NCBI GenBank assembly: GCA_965365795.1
Contig: CBDUDB010000001.1
Span: 1 to 53,958, forward strand
Origin: an uncultured bacterium
GTDB lineage: Bacteria > Krumholzibacteriota > Krumholzibacteriia > LZORAL124-64-63
Direction of reading: 5' to 3'
DNA: 53,958 bases
Shown: positions 29,018 through 39,102 of the stretch, one piece after another
How positions within the stretch are numbered: position 1 is the stretch's first letter
How the letters are laid out: every line of letters starts with the position of its first letter
The notes under the pieces: generated by a model
Databases searched by the model: none
Seen by the model: the letters and a program-made list of their open reading frames with translations, nothing else
Told to the model about the DNA's origin: nothing
Position numbers and translations under genes: made by a program

Positions 29018-30157
29018 TCAAATGGTCTGGACTTCCTTCTCGGGTTCCTTCTCCGACTCCTCGAAACGGTCCCAGGTGTTGTCGCTGCTGGCCTGGATCC
29101 CCTTGACCCGAAGCATGAATTCGTGGGGATTGCTGCTGGTCTTGGTGGCGGCATCCAGGGTGATCTTCTTTTCCTTGTACAGCTGCATCAGCGACTGATC
29201 GAAGGTCTGCATCTGGTACTGGATAAACCCTTCCTGAATGGCCTGGCGGATCATCACCGTTTTTTCAGGCTCACGGATGTAATCGCGGATGGTGCCGGTG
29301 GCGATCATGATCTCGCAGGCGGGATACCGGGTCAACCCATCCGCATCGGCCACCAGGCGCTGGGAGATGACCGCCTGCATGGTCGAGGCCAGCAGGTAGC
29401 GGATCTCCTGGTGCTGGTGGGGCGGGAAGAAAGAGATGATACGGCTGATGGTTTGCGTCGCATCGATGGTATGCATGGTGCTCAGCACCAGGTGGCCCGT
29501 GTCCGCGGCGGTCAGGGCGATCTTCATCGACTCGGCGTCACGAATCTCACCGATGAGAATCACGTCGGGATCCTGCCTGAGAACATGCTTTAAGGCTTCA
29601 GCGTAACTTCCCGTATCACTGCCGATTTCTCGCTGGCTGACGATGCTCCTCTGGTCCCTGTGCAAAAACTCGATGGGATCCTCGATGGTGATCACGTGCC
29701 GGGAACATTCGCAGTTGATGATGTCCACGATGGATGCCAGGGTGGTCGACTTGCCACTGCCGACGGTGCCGGTGACCAGCACCAAACCACGGGGCTTGAC
29801 CGCCAGTTCCTTTACCACCTGGGGCAAACCAAGCTCGTCGATGGTCTTGATCTCCACGGGCACATGGCGGAACACCATGGCCACGCTGCCACGCTGCACA
29901 TAGAAGTTGGCCCGGAAGCGGGCTATCCCCGGTATGCCAAAGGCGAAATCGATTTCTCGAGTGGATTCGAAGACCTCGCGCTGGCTCGGAGACAGGATCT
30001 GCTGGGCCACGGCCGCCATGTCCTGAACCGTCGGGGCATCGTAATCGGCAAAAACCAGCATGCCGTTGATCCTGAACGCCGGGGGGACCGCCACTTTAAG
30101 GTGAAGGTCACTCGCGCCCCGAGCGATCATTTCCTTGAGGATCTTCTTGATATCCAT
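29018..30157 (-). CDS. pilT: Type IV pilus retraction ATPase PilT/PilU family
   Basis: 379 aa with ASDLHL, Walker A GTVGSGKSTT, the Asp box, Walker B DVILIGEIRD and the His box STMHT. The 3' end encodes an acidic tail of about 35 aa. Confidence 0.9.
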   Translation of the reverse strand: MDIKKILKEMIARGASDLHLKVAVPPAFRINGMLVFADYDAPTVQDMAAVAQQILSPSQREVFESTREIDFAFGIPGIARFRANFYVQRGSVAMVFRHVPVEIKTIDELGLPQVVKELAVKPRGLVLVTGTVGSGKSTTLASIVDIINCECSRHVITIEDPIEFLHRDQRSIVSQREIGSDTGSYAEALKHVLRQDPDVILIGEIRDAESMKIALTAADTGHLVLSTMHTIDATQTISRIISFFPPHQHQEIRYLLASTMQAVISQRLVADADGLTRYPACEIMIATGTIRDYIREPEKTVMIRQAIQEGFIQYQMQTFDQSLMQLYKEKKITLDAATKTSSNPHEFMLRVKGIQASSDNTWDRFEESEKEPEKEVQTI

Positions 30158-30319
30158 GTAGAGAATTCTCCCGTTTGGGGGGTCGCCCCAGAGACTGACT
30201 GAAACTTCTCGGCGAAGCCGCTACTCCTTCCCTGGTCATCGGCCAAATGCAGCCTTTCTTAAACGGGATATTCACATTGATATGGTCCGAAAGGGTGGGT
30301 TTTCGGCCCGCAGGGACCC

Positions 30320-30358
30320 AAAAAGCCCGGAGTCAGCGATTTACGCCGATTCCGGGCT
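30320..30358 (-). terminator. Rho-independent terminator 3' of accB
   Basis: The minus strand reads AGCCCGGA-(19-nt partly paired loop)-TCCGGGCT followed by TTTTT. It lies about 50 nt after the accB stop. Confidence 0.7.
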
Positions 30359-30408
30359 GGAAGAACCAAGGCAGGCTCGAGGGTACACTGGGTGCGGAAC
30401 CCAGGATG

Positions 30409-30888
30409 TCAGTCGGGATCCACCAAGAACAGGACACCTTCGGCCTCGACCGGGCTGCCATTCTCCACGAACACTTCCTTGATGGTGCCGGCGAACTCAG
30501 CTTCTATCTCGTTCATCACCTTCATGGCCTCGATGATGCACATGGTCTGACCGACGGCCACCCGGTCCCCCACATCGACAAACGAGGGGTCACTAGGCGA
30601 GGGTGCCCGATAAAAGGTACCCACGATGGGAGAACGCACATCTTTCCACTTGGCGCGGGTCGGATCCGCAGACGCGGTGGGAGCCTCTCCAGGTGCCTGA
30701 GCCACGCCACTGGGCGCAGGGCCCTGGGGAGAAGGCATCTGCATCGCTGGAGCTACCGACGCGCTGGCAAAAGTCATCGGTGCGGATTTCTGAATGCGGA
30801 TGGTCGTGTCCTCATGACTGACCTCCAACTCCTCGATGCCGCTGTCTTCGACCAGCTTGACGAGTTCGCGAACCTTTTCGATATCCAT
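30409..30888 (-). CDS. accB: Acetyl-CoA carboxylase biotin carboxyl carrier protein
   Basis: The start is placed at [23 protein letters not shown], with GGAGGA seven nt upstream. There is an Ala/Pro linker, and the biotinyl domain carries [10 protein letters not shown] (biotinyl-Lys). Confidence 0.93.
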   Translation of the reverse strand: MDIEKVRELVKLVEDSGIEELEVSHEDTTIRIQKSAPMTFASASVAPAMQMPSPQGPAPSGVAQAPGEAPTASADPTRAKWKDVRSPIVGTFYRAPSPSDPSFVDVGDRVAVGQTMCIIEAMKVMNEIEAEFAGTIKEVFVENGSPVEAEGVLFLVDPD

Positions 30889-30922
30889 TTCAGGTCCTCC
30901 GGTGCGTGGGGCTGTATCCATG

Positions 30923-31486
30923 TTAAACCCTTCCCAGATACTTCCCGGTGCGGGAATCAATTTTCAGGACTTCCTCTTCGTCGATGAAGAGGGGAACCTG
31001 TACCACGAGACCAGTTTCCATGGTCGCCGGCTTGGATCCGCCCTGGGCGGTGTCTCCGCGCAGACCGGGATCCGTCTGGGTTACTTTCAATTCGACCGTC
31101 AGCGGGGCCTCGACCGTCAGGGGTTGGCCCTCAAGCAGCAGCACGCTGCACATATCGCTTTCCTTGATATACTGGGGCACGTCCCCCAAGGTATCCTGGT
31201 GCAGCTGGATCTGCTCATAGTTTTCCGTGTTCATGAAAACATAAAATTCACCATCCGGATACAAATATTGGAACTCCCGGCGCTCCAGCCGGACCTCCTC
31301 CACTTTTTCCCCGGCACGGAAAGTGTGCTCGACCACCTTGCCGTTTTCCACGTTTTTCAACTTGGTGCGAACAAAGGCAGGGCCCTTGCCCGGCTTGACA
31401 TGCTGGAATTCCACGATGGTCCACAAGCCGTTCCTGTGTTTCATGGCGAATCCCGTACGGAAATCACTTGTATCGGCCAAATCCAA
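30923..31486 (-). CDS. efp: Translation elongation factor P
   Basis: 187 aa. The sequence [39 protein letters not shown] includes the conserved KPGKG loop. TTG start. Confidence 0.93.
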   Translation of the reverse strand: MDLADTSDFRTGFAMKHRNGLWTIVEFQHVKPGKGPAFVRTKLKNVENGKVVEHTFRAGEKVEEVRLERREFQYLYPDGEFYVFMNTENYEQIQLHQDTLGDVPQYIKESDMCSVLLLEGQPLTVEAPLTVELKVTQTDPGLRGDTAQGGSKPATMETGLVVQVPLFIDEEEVLKIDSRTGKYLGRV

Positions 31487-31568
31487 TCTCTCTTTCCCAG
31501 GGGCGATTCAGGCAGTCTGTAAAAATCCGGTAATTGATAACACGACATTGCTATTATGGCAATGAATG

Positions 31569-32021
31569 TTAGCCCTTCGGCCCGCCGGTGACCAGGGACC
31601 GGATGCCCAGCAGGGCCAGGCGATAACCCTCGACCCCGAATCCGCGAATACCGGCCGTCACCACGTCGGCCAGCAGGTTGTTGCGCCGAAAAGACTCCCT
31701 GGCGTCGGGATTGGTCAGGTGGATTTCCACTATCGGGATGTCAACCGCGGCCACCGCGTCCCGAATGGCCACCGAAGTGTGGGTGTAGGCCGCCGCGTTG
31801 AGGATGATCCCGTCGGCCGAATCGCCGGCTTCGCCGATCATGCCGACCAGCTCCCCTTCGATATCGGATTGGAGAAAATCCAGATCGAGCCCACAGTCCC
31901 GGGCCCAGCCCAGGCACAGGGATTCCAACTCCGGCCAGGTCGTCTGGCCGTAGATCTCCGGCTCACGCCGACCGAGGCGACCGAGGTTGGGGCCCCCGAT
32001 CACAACCACGCGCGGTGTCAT
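31569..32021 (-). CDS. aroQ: Type II 3-dehydroquinate dehydratase
   Basis: A 150-aa product starts at the internal Met (MTPRVVVIGGPNLGRLGRREPEIYG...NAAAYTHTSVAIRDA...EIHLTNP). Its ATG overlaps the stop of the TPR gene (ATGA). The longer ORF-track version (to 32411) is rejected. Confidence 0.92.
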   Translation of the reverse strand: MTPRVVVIGGPNLGRLGRREPEIYGQTTWPELESLCLGWARDCGLDLDFLQSDIEGELVGMIGEAGDSADGIILNAAAYTHTSVAIRDAVAAVDIPIVEIHLTNPDARESFRRNNLLADVVTAGIRGFGVEGYRLALLGIRSLVTGGPKG

Positions 32022-32779
32022 GAAGAAGGTCCGCCTTCCTGGCGGAGGCGAGTGATCCAATCTTCGAACTGCTTTTTTTCGTTTTTCCGCCAGGAAGTGT
32101 ACCTGTTCCCGGGATCTTCCGGCGAAGCAGGCGGGACCCCGGGAGGTATCGCCGGCGGGGCCGATCCGGGAGGAACGGACGGTCCCTGGCTCTCGATCTC
32201 GGCAATCCGCCTCAGGATATCCTCGCGACTGGGCTCCCGAGCCGCCATCTGGCTGAGAGCCTCCAGGGCCTTGGCCCGATATCCTTGGGCAAGGTAAATG
32301 TCCACCAGGGTCAAGGTGGTAAAGTCCGTGTCCACCGGCTCGGACGGCTCCAGGGCGGTGGGGACTTCCCTTTGGGCGAACTCCCTGGCTTCGGCCAGGG
32401 CGCCCGGCCACCGGTCGTGGTCAGGATCCAGGATCGTCAGTTTTTCAAGCAGTGGAATCAATTCGTTCCAGGCCCGGCGATTTTGGGCGTCATCGGTCAA
32501 CAGGCCCAGGACGAGGATATTTTCGCTGTCCAGTGCCATGACGCGAACCAGGACGTCCCGCGCCTGGTCCGGCCGGCCGGCATCGAGCAGCGTTTGCCCC
32601 TTGATTACCAGGGCGGACAAATATTCGGGGTGCCGAACCAATCCGTCATCCAGAAGTTCCAGGGCATCCTCCAAACGGCCGGCCTGGCGCAACAGGTCAG
32701 CCAGGGGGGCAAACACCCGCGAGTGCGGAGCATTGGCCAACCGCTGGGAAAAAGTATCGATTTTCTCGTCCAGATTCAT
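32018..32779 (-). CDS. TPR-repeat protein with Pro-rich C-terminal tail
   Basis: 253 aa. TPR-like helices (GRLEDALELLDDGLVRHPEYLSALVIKGQTLLDAGRPDQA) are followed by a Pro/Ala-rich segment. Confidence 0.7.
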   Translation of the reverse strand: MNLDEKIDTFSQRLANAPHSRVFAPLADLLRQAGRLEDALELLDDGLVRHPEYLSALVIKGQTLLDAGRPDQARDVLVRVMALDSENILVLGLLTDDAQNRRAWNELIPLLEKLTILDPDHDRWPGALAEAREFAQREVPTALEPSEPVDTDFTTLTLVDIYLAQGYRAKALEALSQMAAREPSREDILRRIAEIESQGPSVPPGSAPPAIPPGVPPASPEDPGNRYTSWRKNEKKQFEDWITRLRQEGGPSS

Positions 32780-32795
32780 GCAGCAATCCCGTTTA

Positions 32796-34454
32796 TCAAT
32801 CCAAGGTCTTCAGGTATTCGCCAACGGTTTCCATGTCCGGCCACAAGCCCGCGGTCAATTCCAGGGTAAATCGGGCCTTGACCCCATCGAGGAAAACGCT
32901 GGCGGTGGCCATTTCTTCAGTATTGGCGGCACTGGTCCAGCCTCCGGAGCAGAGATCGGCGCCGACCGAAACCATCCGCACGGCCTTACGGGCGAACACC
33001 CGGCTCATGGCTGCAAAGACCTCGGCCTGGGCGTGGCCCTCGTCCTTCAGCCGGGCGGCCTTACGAGAAAAAGCGGCGGCTACTTCGCACACGGTCATCA
33101 TGTCGGCGAAGGTGAACATGACGATCTGGTTTCTGGTCAACTTGGCCTGGTGCATGTGCAGAATGGTCTCGTTGAGGCCCCGGACCGCCGCGGCCACCAT
33201 GGCCGCCCCCACTTCAGAATCCGATTCCTGCAATGAGTCCATATCCGAGGCGAGGTCCCGGTAGAACTCACCCTTCGAGCGCACGGTTTCCTTCCAGCGG
33301 TACATGGCGATAATGCTCTGCTGGATTTCGCTGGTGCCTTCGTAGATGGACGTGATCCGGACGTCGCGACGCATCTTCTCGACCACATATTCCCGGGCGT
33401 ACCCATATCCACCCAGAGCCTGGATGGAGGCGTCGGCCGCCCGGTTGCCGGCTTCGGTCCCCCAGTACTTGGCGATGGAACCCTCGGTGCCCATGTCCTT
33501 GCCGCCGGAGTCAATCTGCAGGGCCACCTGCTCCATGTGGGCCCGGCCGGCGGCCAGATCGATCCAGTGTTCCACGATGAGTTTCAGCAGGTAACCTTGT
33601 TTTTCCACCAGGGGCGCCCCGAACTGTTCCCGGGTTTTGGCGTAGGCCAGGGCCCGGTCCAGCGGCCCCTGTCCGCCACCCAGCCCGAAAGCGCCCACCA
33701 TCAGGCGGGTATACCCGAACACGGCGTTGGCCTGCTTGAGGCCCTGCCCCTCGGTCAGACCGATGAGGTTGTCAGCGGGAACATCCACGTCCTCCAGCAG
33801 GACGCCGGTGGTGTTGGAGGCCCGGATCCCGTGCTTGTCCTCGTGTTTGCCCACGGCCAATCCCGGAGTGCCTCGTTCCACCACGAAAAAGCTGGGGCCG
33901 TCCGGAGTCTTGGCCAGGATGGTATAGATCTGCGCCACACCGCCGTTGGTAATGAACTGTTTGGTGCCGTTCAACCGGTAGCCGGTGGTCTTACCGCCGG
34001 TATCCAGAATGCGGTCCGCGGTGGTTTTCAGGGCAGCCACATTGCTACCGGCTTCGGGTTCGGTCACGCCGTAGGCCACGATCAGTCCCTCGGTCGCGAT
34101 CCGGGTGAGCCACTTACTCTTCTGTTCGGGTGTCCCGCCCACGAGGATGGGATCGGTGCCCAGGCAGATGGCCAAAAAAGCGGTGGCCACGCCTAGATCC
34201 CTGGAAGCCATCTCTTCGCTGACACGGCAGATATCCCGCGCCCCGCCACCCAGGCCACCGTTTTCCTCGGGCAGGAAGATCAGGTGTAGCCCTACATCCG
34301 GGGACAGGAGCTTTTTGATGACGTCTTCGGGAAACTGGTCCTTCTCATCGAGGTCCATGACCTTGGCATCGGGCAATTCGCGTCCGACAACCTGCCGCAA
34401 TGTCTGAATTACCATATCGCACATATCGGTGGACAGTCCGGCTGGGACGTTCAT
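32796..34454 (-). CDS. Acyl-CoA dehydrogenase family protein (long form with C-terminal extension)
   Basis: The start is placed at MNVPAGLSTDMCDMV, with GAGGA eight nt upstream. The ACAD N, middle and C domains are present (GVTEPEAGSNVA, YEGTSEIQ), plus about 170 extra C-terminal residues. Confidence 0.88.
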   Translation of the reverse strand: MNVPAGLSTDMCDMVIQTLRQVVGRELPDAKVMDLDEKDQFPEDVIKKLLSPDVGLHLIFLPEENGGLGGGARDICRVSEEMASRDLGVATAFLAICLGTDPILVGGTPEQKSKWLTRIATEGLIVAYGVTEPEAGSNVAALKTTADRILDTGGKTTGYRLNGTKQFITNGGVAQIYTILAKTPDGPSFFVVERGTPGLAVGKHEDKHGIRASNTTGVLLEDVDVPADNLIGLTEGQGLKQANAVFGYTRLMVGAFGLGGGQGPLDRALAYAKTREQFGAPLVEKQGYLLKLIVEHWIDLAAGRAHMEQVALQIDSGGKDMGTEGSIAKYWGTEAGNRAADASIQALGGYGYAREYVVEKMRRDVRITSIYEGTSEIQQSIIAMYRWKETVRSKGEFYRDLASDMDSLQESDSEVGAAMVAAAVRGLNETILHMHQAKLTRNQIVMFTFADMMTVCEVAAAFSRKAARLKDEGHAQAEVFAAMSRVFARKAVRMVSVGADLCSGGWTSAANTEEMATASVFLDGVKARFTLELTAGLWPDMETVGEYLKTLD

Positions 34455-34501
34455 GGACCCATCCTCACTTTCGGCTCGGCCCCCAGGTAATGGATGCGGG
34501 C

Positions 34502-35413
34502 TCAGGAAATGTTGATGCTGCCGGATCCGACCAGGACACATTGGCCGCCGACCTGGATGTCGGTAGCCTGTCCGGCGGAAATCCCGGCTTCGGCGATGAG
34601 ACGGCTGGGGCGTCCCATCTCAAGCCCCTGCTCGCAGATGATTCGCACCCGGGAACTGTATTTGACCAGGCGGTGCTTGACAAGGTAGGCCACCAGGGCC
34701 CCGGTGGCCGCTCCGCTGGCGGCATCCTCGGGGATGCCGAAATGGGGAGCGAACATACGACAGTGGACCGACGCGAAGTCAGCGACCGTTTCACAAGTGA
34801 AAACGAACAAATCGCCGAACCCCAGGTCCCGGGCGATAGCGTCGGCGTCACGGTGACGCAGGATGATCCGGCCCATGGCCTCCAGTGAGGCCAGGGGAAC
34901 AATATGAATGGGAAGCCCGGTCGAGATGACTTCACAGGGCAGACCCGTGATGGCGATGTCGTCCTCGGGCAGACCCAGGGTCCGGGCCACTTTCCCCCGG
35001 TGGAAATACTGGCCCATGAAAACGGGAGGATCCTGCTTGAGACTGTAGATCAGGTTGCCGTTCTCTTGGCTGGTCACCACTTCGTACTGACCGGCTTCGA
35101 GTTCCCAGGTGAATGGGTCCGGATGCTCGCCGACCGACCGGCGCCCCAGGTGATCCAGCGCGAAGGTGGCCCCCAGAACGGAATGTCCGCCAAAGGGAAT
35201 TTCCGCGGCCGGCGTAAAAACCCTCAGGCAGGAGCGGCCGGAATCGTCATCGGACGAGGGCAGGATGAAGGCGGTCTCCCCAGCACCCAGTTCCATGGCC
35301 AAGTTCTGCATCATCTTGGGCGGAACCCCGCTCCCCTCCGGGAACAGATAAAGGCGGCTGCCGCCGAAAGGACGGTCCGTGAAAACATCGATCAAAAGGA
35401 AATTCAGTTCCAT
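34502..35413 (-). CDS. PhzF-family isomerase-like protein
   Basis: The start is placed at MELNFLLIDVFTDRPFGGSRLYLF...GAGETAFILP, a typical PhzF/YddE N-terminus. The 55-codon upstream extension is rejected. Confidence 0.82.
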   Translation of the reverse strand: MELNFLLIDVFTDRPFGGSRLYLFPEGSGVPPKMMQNLAMELGAGETAFILPSSDDDSGRSCLRVFTPAAEIPFGGHSVLGATFALDHLGRRSVGEHPDPFTWELEAGQYEVVTSQENGNLIYSLKQDPPVFMGQYFHRGKVARTLGLPEDDIAITGLPCEVISTGLPIHIVPLASLEAMGRIILRHRDADAIARDLGFGDLFVFTCETVADFASVHCRMFAPHFGIPEDAASGAATGALVAYLVKHRLVKYSSRVRIICEQGLEMGRPSRLIAEAGISAGQATDIQVGGQCVLVGSGSINIS

Positions 35414-35593
35414 GATCAGGTGGGACACCTCGGGCCTGGGGACACTAGGCAATACAAAATTTCGCAAGGCCTGGGTGGCCCGCATTCCTAGCCAAAATTT
35501 AACACACACCACTCCAGCGGCCAAGGCCTTTGGCCAAGTGGCTACTGGCTTCAGATGGGGATTTTTATATGAAACCAACGATTCAAGGGGAAA

Positions 35594-35968
35594 TCAAGTC
35601 TCGATGAGCACCGCCGCCAGAACAAATGCCCCTGCATGGCTAATGGACAGGTGAGGTCGATGGCCACCGACAGTCTCCAGAGCGGCCAGGGCCCTCCCAT
35701 GAAGAACCAGTTTTTCCGGGCCCGGGCCGGAATCCTCCACTTCGATATCGCGATAGGGAATTGACCTTACGTCGATGCCCAAAGCTTTCAGGAAGGCTTC
35801 CTTGGCCGCCCAGCGGGAAGCCACGCAGACTGTCTGATCGGGATCGGATGCCTCCGGGTTTGGAAACTGCCGGAAACACCGTTCCAGGAAGCGTTCCCCG
35901 TGGCGGTCGATGATCTCCGCGATGCGCCCCACCGACACCAGATCCATACCGATACCCACGACACTCAA
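35594..35968 (-). CDS. acpS: Holo-[acyl-carrier-protein] synthase
   Basis: 124 aa with GIGMDLVSVGRI, WAAKEAFLKALG and a terminal SISHAG. Confidence 0.9.
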   Translation of the reverse strand: MSVVGIGMDLVSVGRIAEIIDRHGERFLERCFRQFPNPEASDPDQTVCVASRWAAKEAFLKALGIDVRSIPYRDIEVEDSGPGPEKLVLHGRALAALETVGGHRPHLSISHAGAFVLAAVLIET

Positions 35969-36654
35969 TAGGCGCCCTTTCTTTCAATGACAGCGGGCAA
36001 GGTGCGGGTCAGTACATGAAAATCCATGCGGAACCCCGCCTGCCGCACGTATTCCTGATCCAGTTCCATCCACTCCAGAAAATCAAGGTGGCTCCGCCCG
36101 GAAACCTGCCAAAGACAGGTCAGGCCGGGGGGCACCAGCAGTCGGCGGGCATGTTCCGGGGTGTAATCCTCGACTTCCGAGGGTATCTGTGGCCGAGGTC
36201 CCACAATGCTCATCTCCCCCAATAGAACATTGAACAGTTGAGGAAATTCGTCCAGACTACTGCGTCGGAGAAATCGACCCACGCCGGTGATCCGCGGATC
36301 GTCCTTGATTTTGAAGGCGGCCCCGGTGGCCTCGTTCAGGTGCTGCATCTGCTGCTTCTGATCCTCGGCATCAACGGTCATGGATCGGAATTTGTAACAG
36401 GGAAACATGCGGCCCCGATACCCCACTCGCAATTGCTTGAAGAAAATGGGTCCAGGAGTTTCCAGTTTGATGAGCAGCACGATGAAAGGCAACAGCGGGA
36501 GTATCAGTAGAAGACCAAAAATGGAGGCGACCAGATCAAAAAGGCGTTTCCAAGCGCGGTAGAAAATCGGACGTCCCTGCAGGTAGCCTTCGCTGACCGG
36601 ACGGATGAATTCCCGGTAACCCTTATCACTGCCGTAGAAGTTATCAGTTTTCAT
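35965..36654 (-). CDS. Small phosphoglycosyl (undecaprenyl-phosphate sugar) transferase, Bac_transf family
   Basis: 229 aa with one TM helix followed by KFRSM, DDPRITGVGRFLRRSSLDEFPQLFNVLLGEMSIVGPRP. Confidence 0.88.
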   Translation of the reverse strand: MKTDNFYGSDKGYREFIRPVSEGYLQGRPIFYRAWKRLFDLVASIFGLLLILPLLPFIVLLIKLETPGPIFFKQLRVGYRGRMFPCYKFRSMTVDAEDQKQQMQHLNEATGAAFKIKDDPRITGVGRFLRRSSLDEFPQLFNVLLGEMSIVGPRPQIPSEVEDYTPEHARRLLVPPGLTCLWQVSGRSHLDFLEWMELDQEYVRQAGFRMDFHVLTRTLPAVIERKGAY

Positions 36655-38228
36655 GGTTCCCTATCGCCTGTCACCTGTCGGGACCACTGGTAAACCCTGA
36701 CTCCGGCGTCCGTATACATTAGACGGAGGTCCCCAATCCGGGACAGGGCACCTGGCAAGTGGCCCCCGGGATCAAAATACCATTCCCGGGCCAGCACCAG
36801 CCAGACACCGGAGCGACCGGTCAGGGTACGGGCCAGGAAATCATCCGCCTCGGCCGCATTTTTCAGTGGCGAAAGCCCGTGGGTATCCATCACTTCTTCG
36901 GGACCATGGTGATAGTACTTGAACACCGAGGTAATCACCGGAGCGAGGATGGCTGTACCGTCCAAATTTTTGGTGGTCACGTAACCGGCCGCGTCCCTGA
37001 CATCCGCCTTGGCATAGCGCCCGTTCCAATAGTAGCCGCCCAGTGACCACAGGGTCAAACAGGTCAACAGAACGGTGGCCACCAGGCCCCAACGACGCGG
37101 TAGACCGGCAAGCCCCCAGGCCGTCAAACACAATACCCAGGGGAACACCATGGCCACGTAGCGGGGGTTCCAGGGTTTGACGTTTCGCACGGCCAGAAAT
37201 GTCAGAATCAGGATGGGAACCACGATCCATACCAGCAAAGCCCCGCGTTTTCGTCCCACCCGGAAAATGCCGGCCAGCAAGCCCACTCCCACCGGCAAGG
37301 CGCCCAAAAGAAGCCAAGGCCAGGCGTCGCGCATGATGGCCAACCGATCCGGTTGGTGGAGTTCCCGCAATGAGGGCCCCAGGCTGTATCCGTAAAAGAA
37401 AGTTTCCAAGGTATAGGGCCAGGCCAGAAGCGAAAAAGTGGTCTCACCGCGTAGGGCGACTCCGGTGCCGCTGCCGGGAAGAATTCGGTCGACGGCCCAG
37501 ATGCCCGACGCTTTCAACAGCCAGGGGGATACCAGAACCAGACCGACGCCGAAAGCCAATCCCCACAAGCCCCAGCGGCGGCCGCTGACGGGGAATTGAA
37601 ATACAAGGACCCCCAAGCCCATGGCGGCCCACAGGAACATGCCCCCCAGGTTGCTCCACACCGCGCCGGCACAAGCCAACGCAAAAAGAACCGCCTGCCC
37701 CACGCCGGAGTTTTTACGGGCCACCGAAACGATGGCCAGGCCCATGAGCACAGAAAACATCATCAGGAAGGCATACCCACGACCCTCCTGGCTGTACCAC
37801 ACATGAAAAGGATTCAGGGCCAGCAACAGGACAGCCAGGCGGGCGGCCCGCCCGCCTCCCAGTCGGGAAACGAAAACACCGAAAAGCGGGATGGTGGCTA
37901 TTCCCGCGAGGACCGCCGGCAAGCGCAACATGAGGGCACTGTCCTGCAGACGCAACAGGGGCCAGGTTATGGCCATGTACAATGGTCCCTGGATGGAGTC
38001 GAAAATCTGCTCGAAAAAACCCGCCTGAATGCCGGGCCGGATCATCAGCCAGGTGAGCATCTCATCCACCCAGAGGGACTGGCCGGTGAGCTGGTACAAT
38101 CGCAATACGGCGCCCAGCACCGTGGCCATGACCAGAAATCCGGGAGAAATTCCAGACGCAATTGCGTTGTTGCCGGCTACCCAATCGGCGGGGGGAACCA
38201 GGGATCCGGTCCGGGTGGTTTGGTTCAT
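36651..38228 (-). CDS. Glycosyltransferase family 39 / ArnT-like polytopic membrane glycosyltransferase
   Basis: 525 aa with about 11 TM helices and the early loop motif SLWVDEM typical of PMT_2/ArnT-type enzymes. There is a C-terminal soluble domain. Confidence 0.78.
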   Translation of the reverse strand: MNQTTRTGSLVPPADWVAGNNAIASGISPGFLVMATVLGAVLRLYQLTGQSLWVDEMLTWLMIRPGIQAGFFEQIFDSIQGPLYMAITWPLLRLQDSALMLRLPAVLAGIATIPLFGVFVSRLGGGRAARLAVLLLALNPFHVWYSQEGRGYAFLMMFSVLMGLAIVSVARKNSGVGQAVLFALACAGAVWSNLGGMFLWAAMGLGVLVFQFPVSGRRWGLWGLAFGVGLVLVSPWLLKASGIWAVDRILPGSGTGVALRGETTFSLLAWPYTLETFFYGYSLGPSLRELHQPDRLAIMRDAWPWLLLGALPVGVGLLAGIFRVGRKRGALLVWIVVPILILTFLAVRNVKPWNPRYVAMVFPWVLCLTAWGLAGLPRRWGLVATVLLTCLTLWSLGGYYWNGRYAKADVRDAAGYVTTKNLDGTAILAPVITSVFKYYHHGPEEVMDTHGLSPLKNAAEADDFLARTLTGRSGVWLVLAREWYFDPGGHLPGALSRIGDLRLMYTDAGVRVYQWSRQVTGDREP

Positions 38229-38256
38229 CGCTGGCGGCTTTCGGGGTTCTGGAAAA

Positions 38257-39102
38257 TCATTTGCCCATGGCTCTCAGAGGAACACCGGGCTGATATTCCT
38301 TTAATTCCACATCGATCGAGCCGACCGGAACCTTGGTCTTGATCATGACCGGCACCCGGTTGGCGTCATCGGTAATGTATAGCGTCAGTTTCCCTTCATG
38401 TTTGAAAAGACCCTCACCCACGAGAACGGGTTCCACGACGAAACAGTCAAACGTTCCGGCTTCCACTTTCACCCTTTCCTTACCATGAATGATGACCTCG
38501 AGCTCGTAGGTGCGGCGCGAGGTATGGGCGGGAACCCGATAGGTGTTACCGGGTGTCAGGTCCAGATTGCGCACGTAGAAAAACGCGGATAAAACATCCT
38601 GCACACCGGTGGTAATGGGATAGGTCTCCCCGTTGGAATATCGTGCTTCCTCGGCCAGATGATCGAAGTCGACCTCCACGGTTTTCTTGTAGTCCCCTTC
38701 GCGAAGCCGCTTGTGGAAATAATGGCTGTAAAGGGTTTCCACATCGATGTAGCTGGTGATCTTGTCGCGCACCTTGTAAATCGAGGAGAAAAACCGGTTG
38801 CTGTTGGCCTTGCTCTGAATGTGGTAACAAGTATGCCCTTTGTACTCGGTCGTCCCGAGCACTTCGAGAATCCCTTCACCGGCGCTGATGGGACCGTAAC
38901 CGATGTTGAAAACCATCCGCTCTCCGGGTCCGAACACGGTGGGTGCGATTTCGAGGGGGGATTCCTCCTGACCTCGGGCCGGAACCGGAGGCCACCACAG
39001 CAGGAAGAGAACCATGAACCCGGAAAGGATAAAAAGAGGGCCTGGGACATCAAAGTCCTTGGGCAAAGATTTCGCCAAGAGTCGCAAGGGAACGCCTTTC
39101 AA
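38257..39102 (-). CDS. DUF3108 domain-containing protein
   Basis: 281 aa with a signal/anchor segment followed by the DUF3108-like beta-rich pattern (ERMVFNIGYGPISAGEG...YKVRDKITSYID...). Confidence 0.7.
   Translation of the reverse strand: MKGVPLRLLAKSLPKDFDVPGPLFILSGFMVLFLLWWPPVPARGQEESPLEIAPTVFGPGERMVFNIGYGPISAGEGILEVLGTTEYKGHTCYHIQSKANSNRFFSSIYKVRDKITSYIDVETLYSHYFHKRLREGDYKKTVEVDFDHLAEEARYSNGETYPITTGVQDVLSAFFYVRNLDLTPGNTYRVPAHTSRRTYELEVIIHGKERVKVEAGTFDCFVVEPVLVGEGLFKHEGKLTLYITDDANRVPVMIKTKVPVGSIDVELKEYQPGVPLRAMGK

Noticed and set aside
28847-30408. pilT as a recently acquired mobile insertion.
   Set aside because: There are no flanking direct repeats, no integrase or transposase, no tRNA target and no obvious composition shift visible by eye. 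Only the operon-splitting observation is retained.
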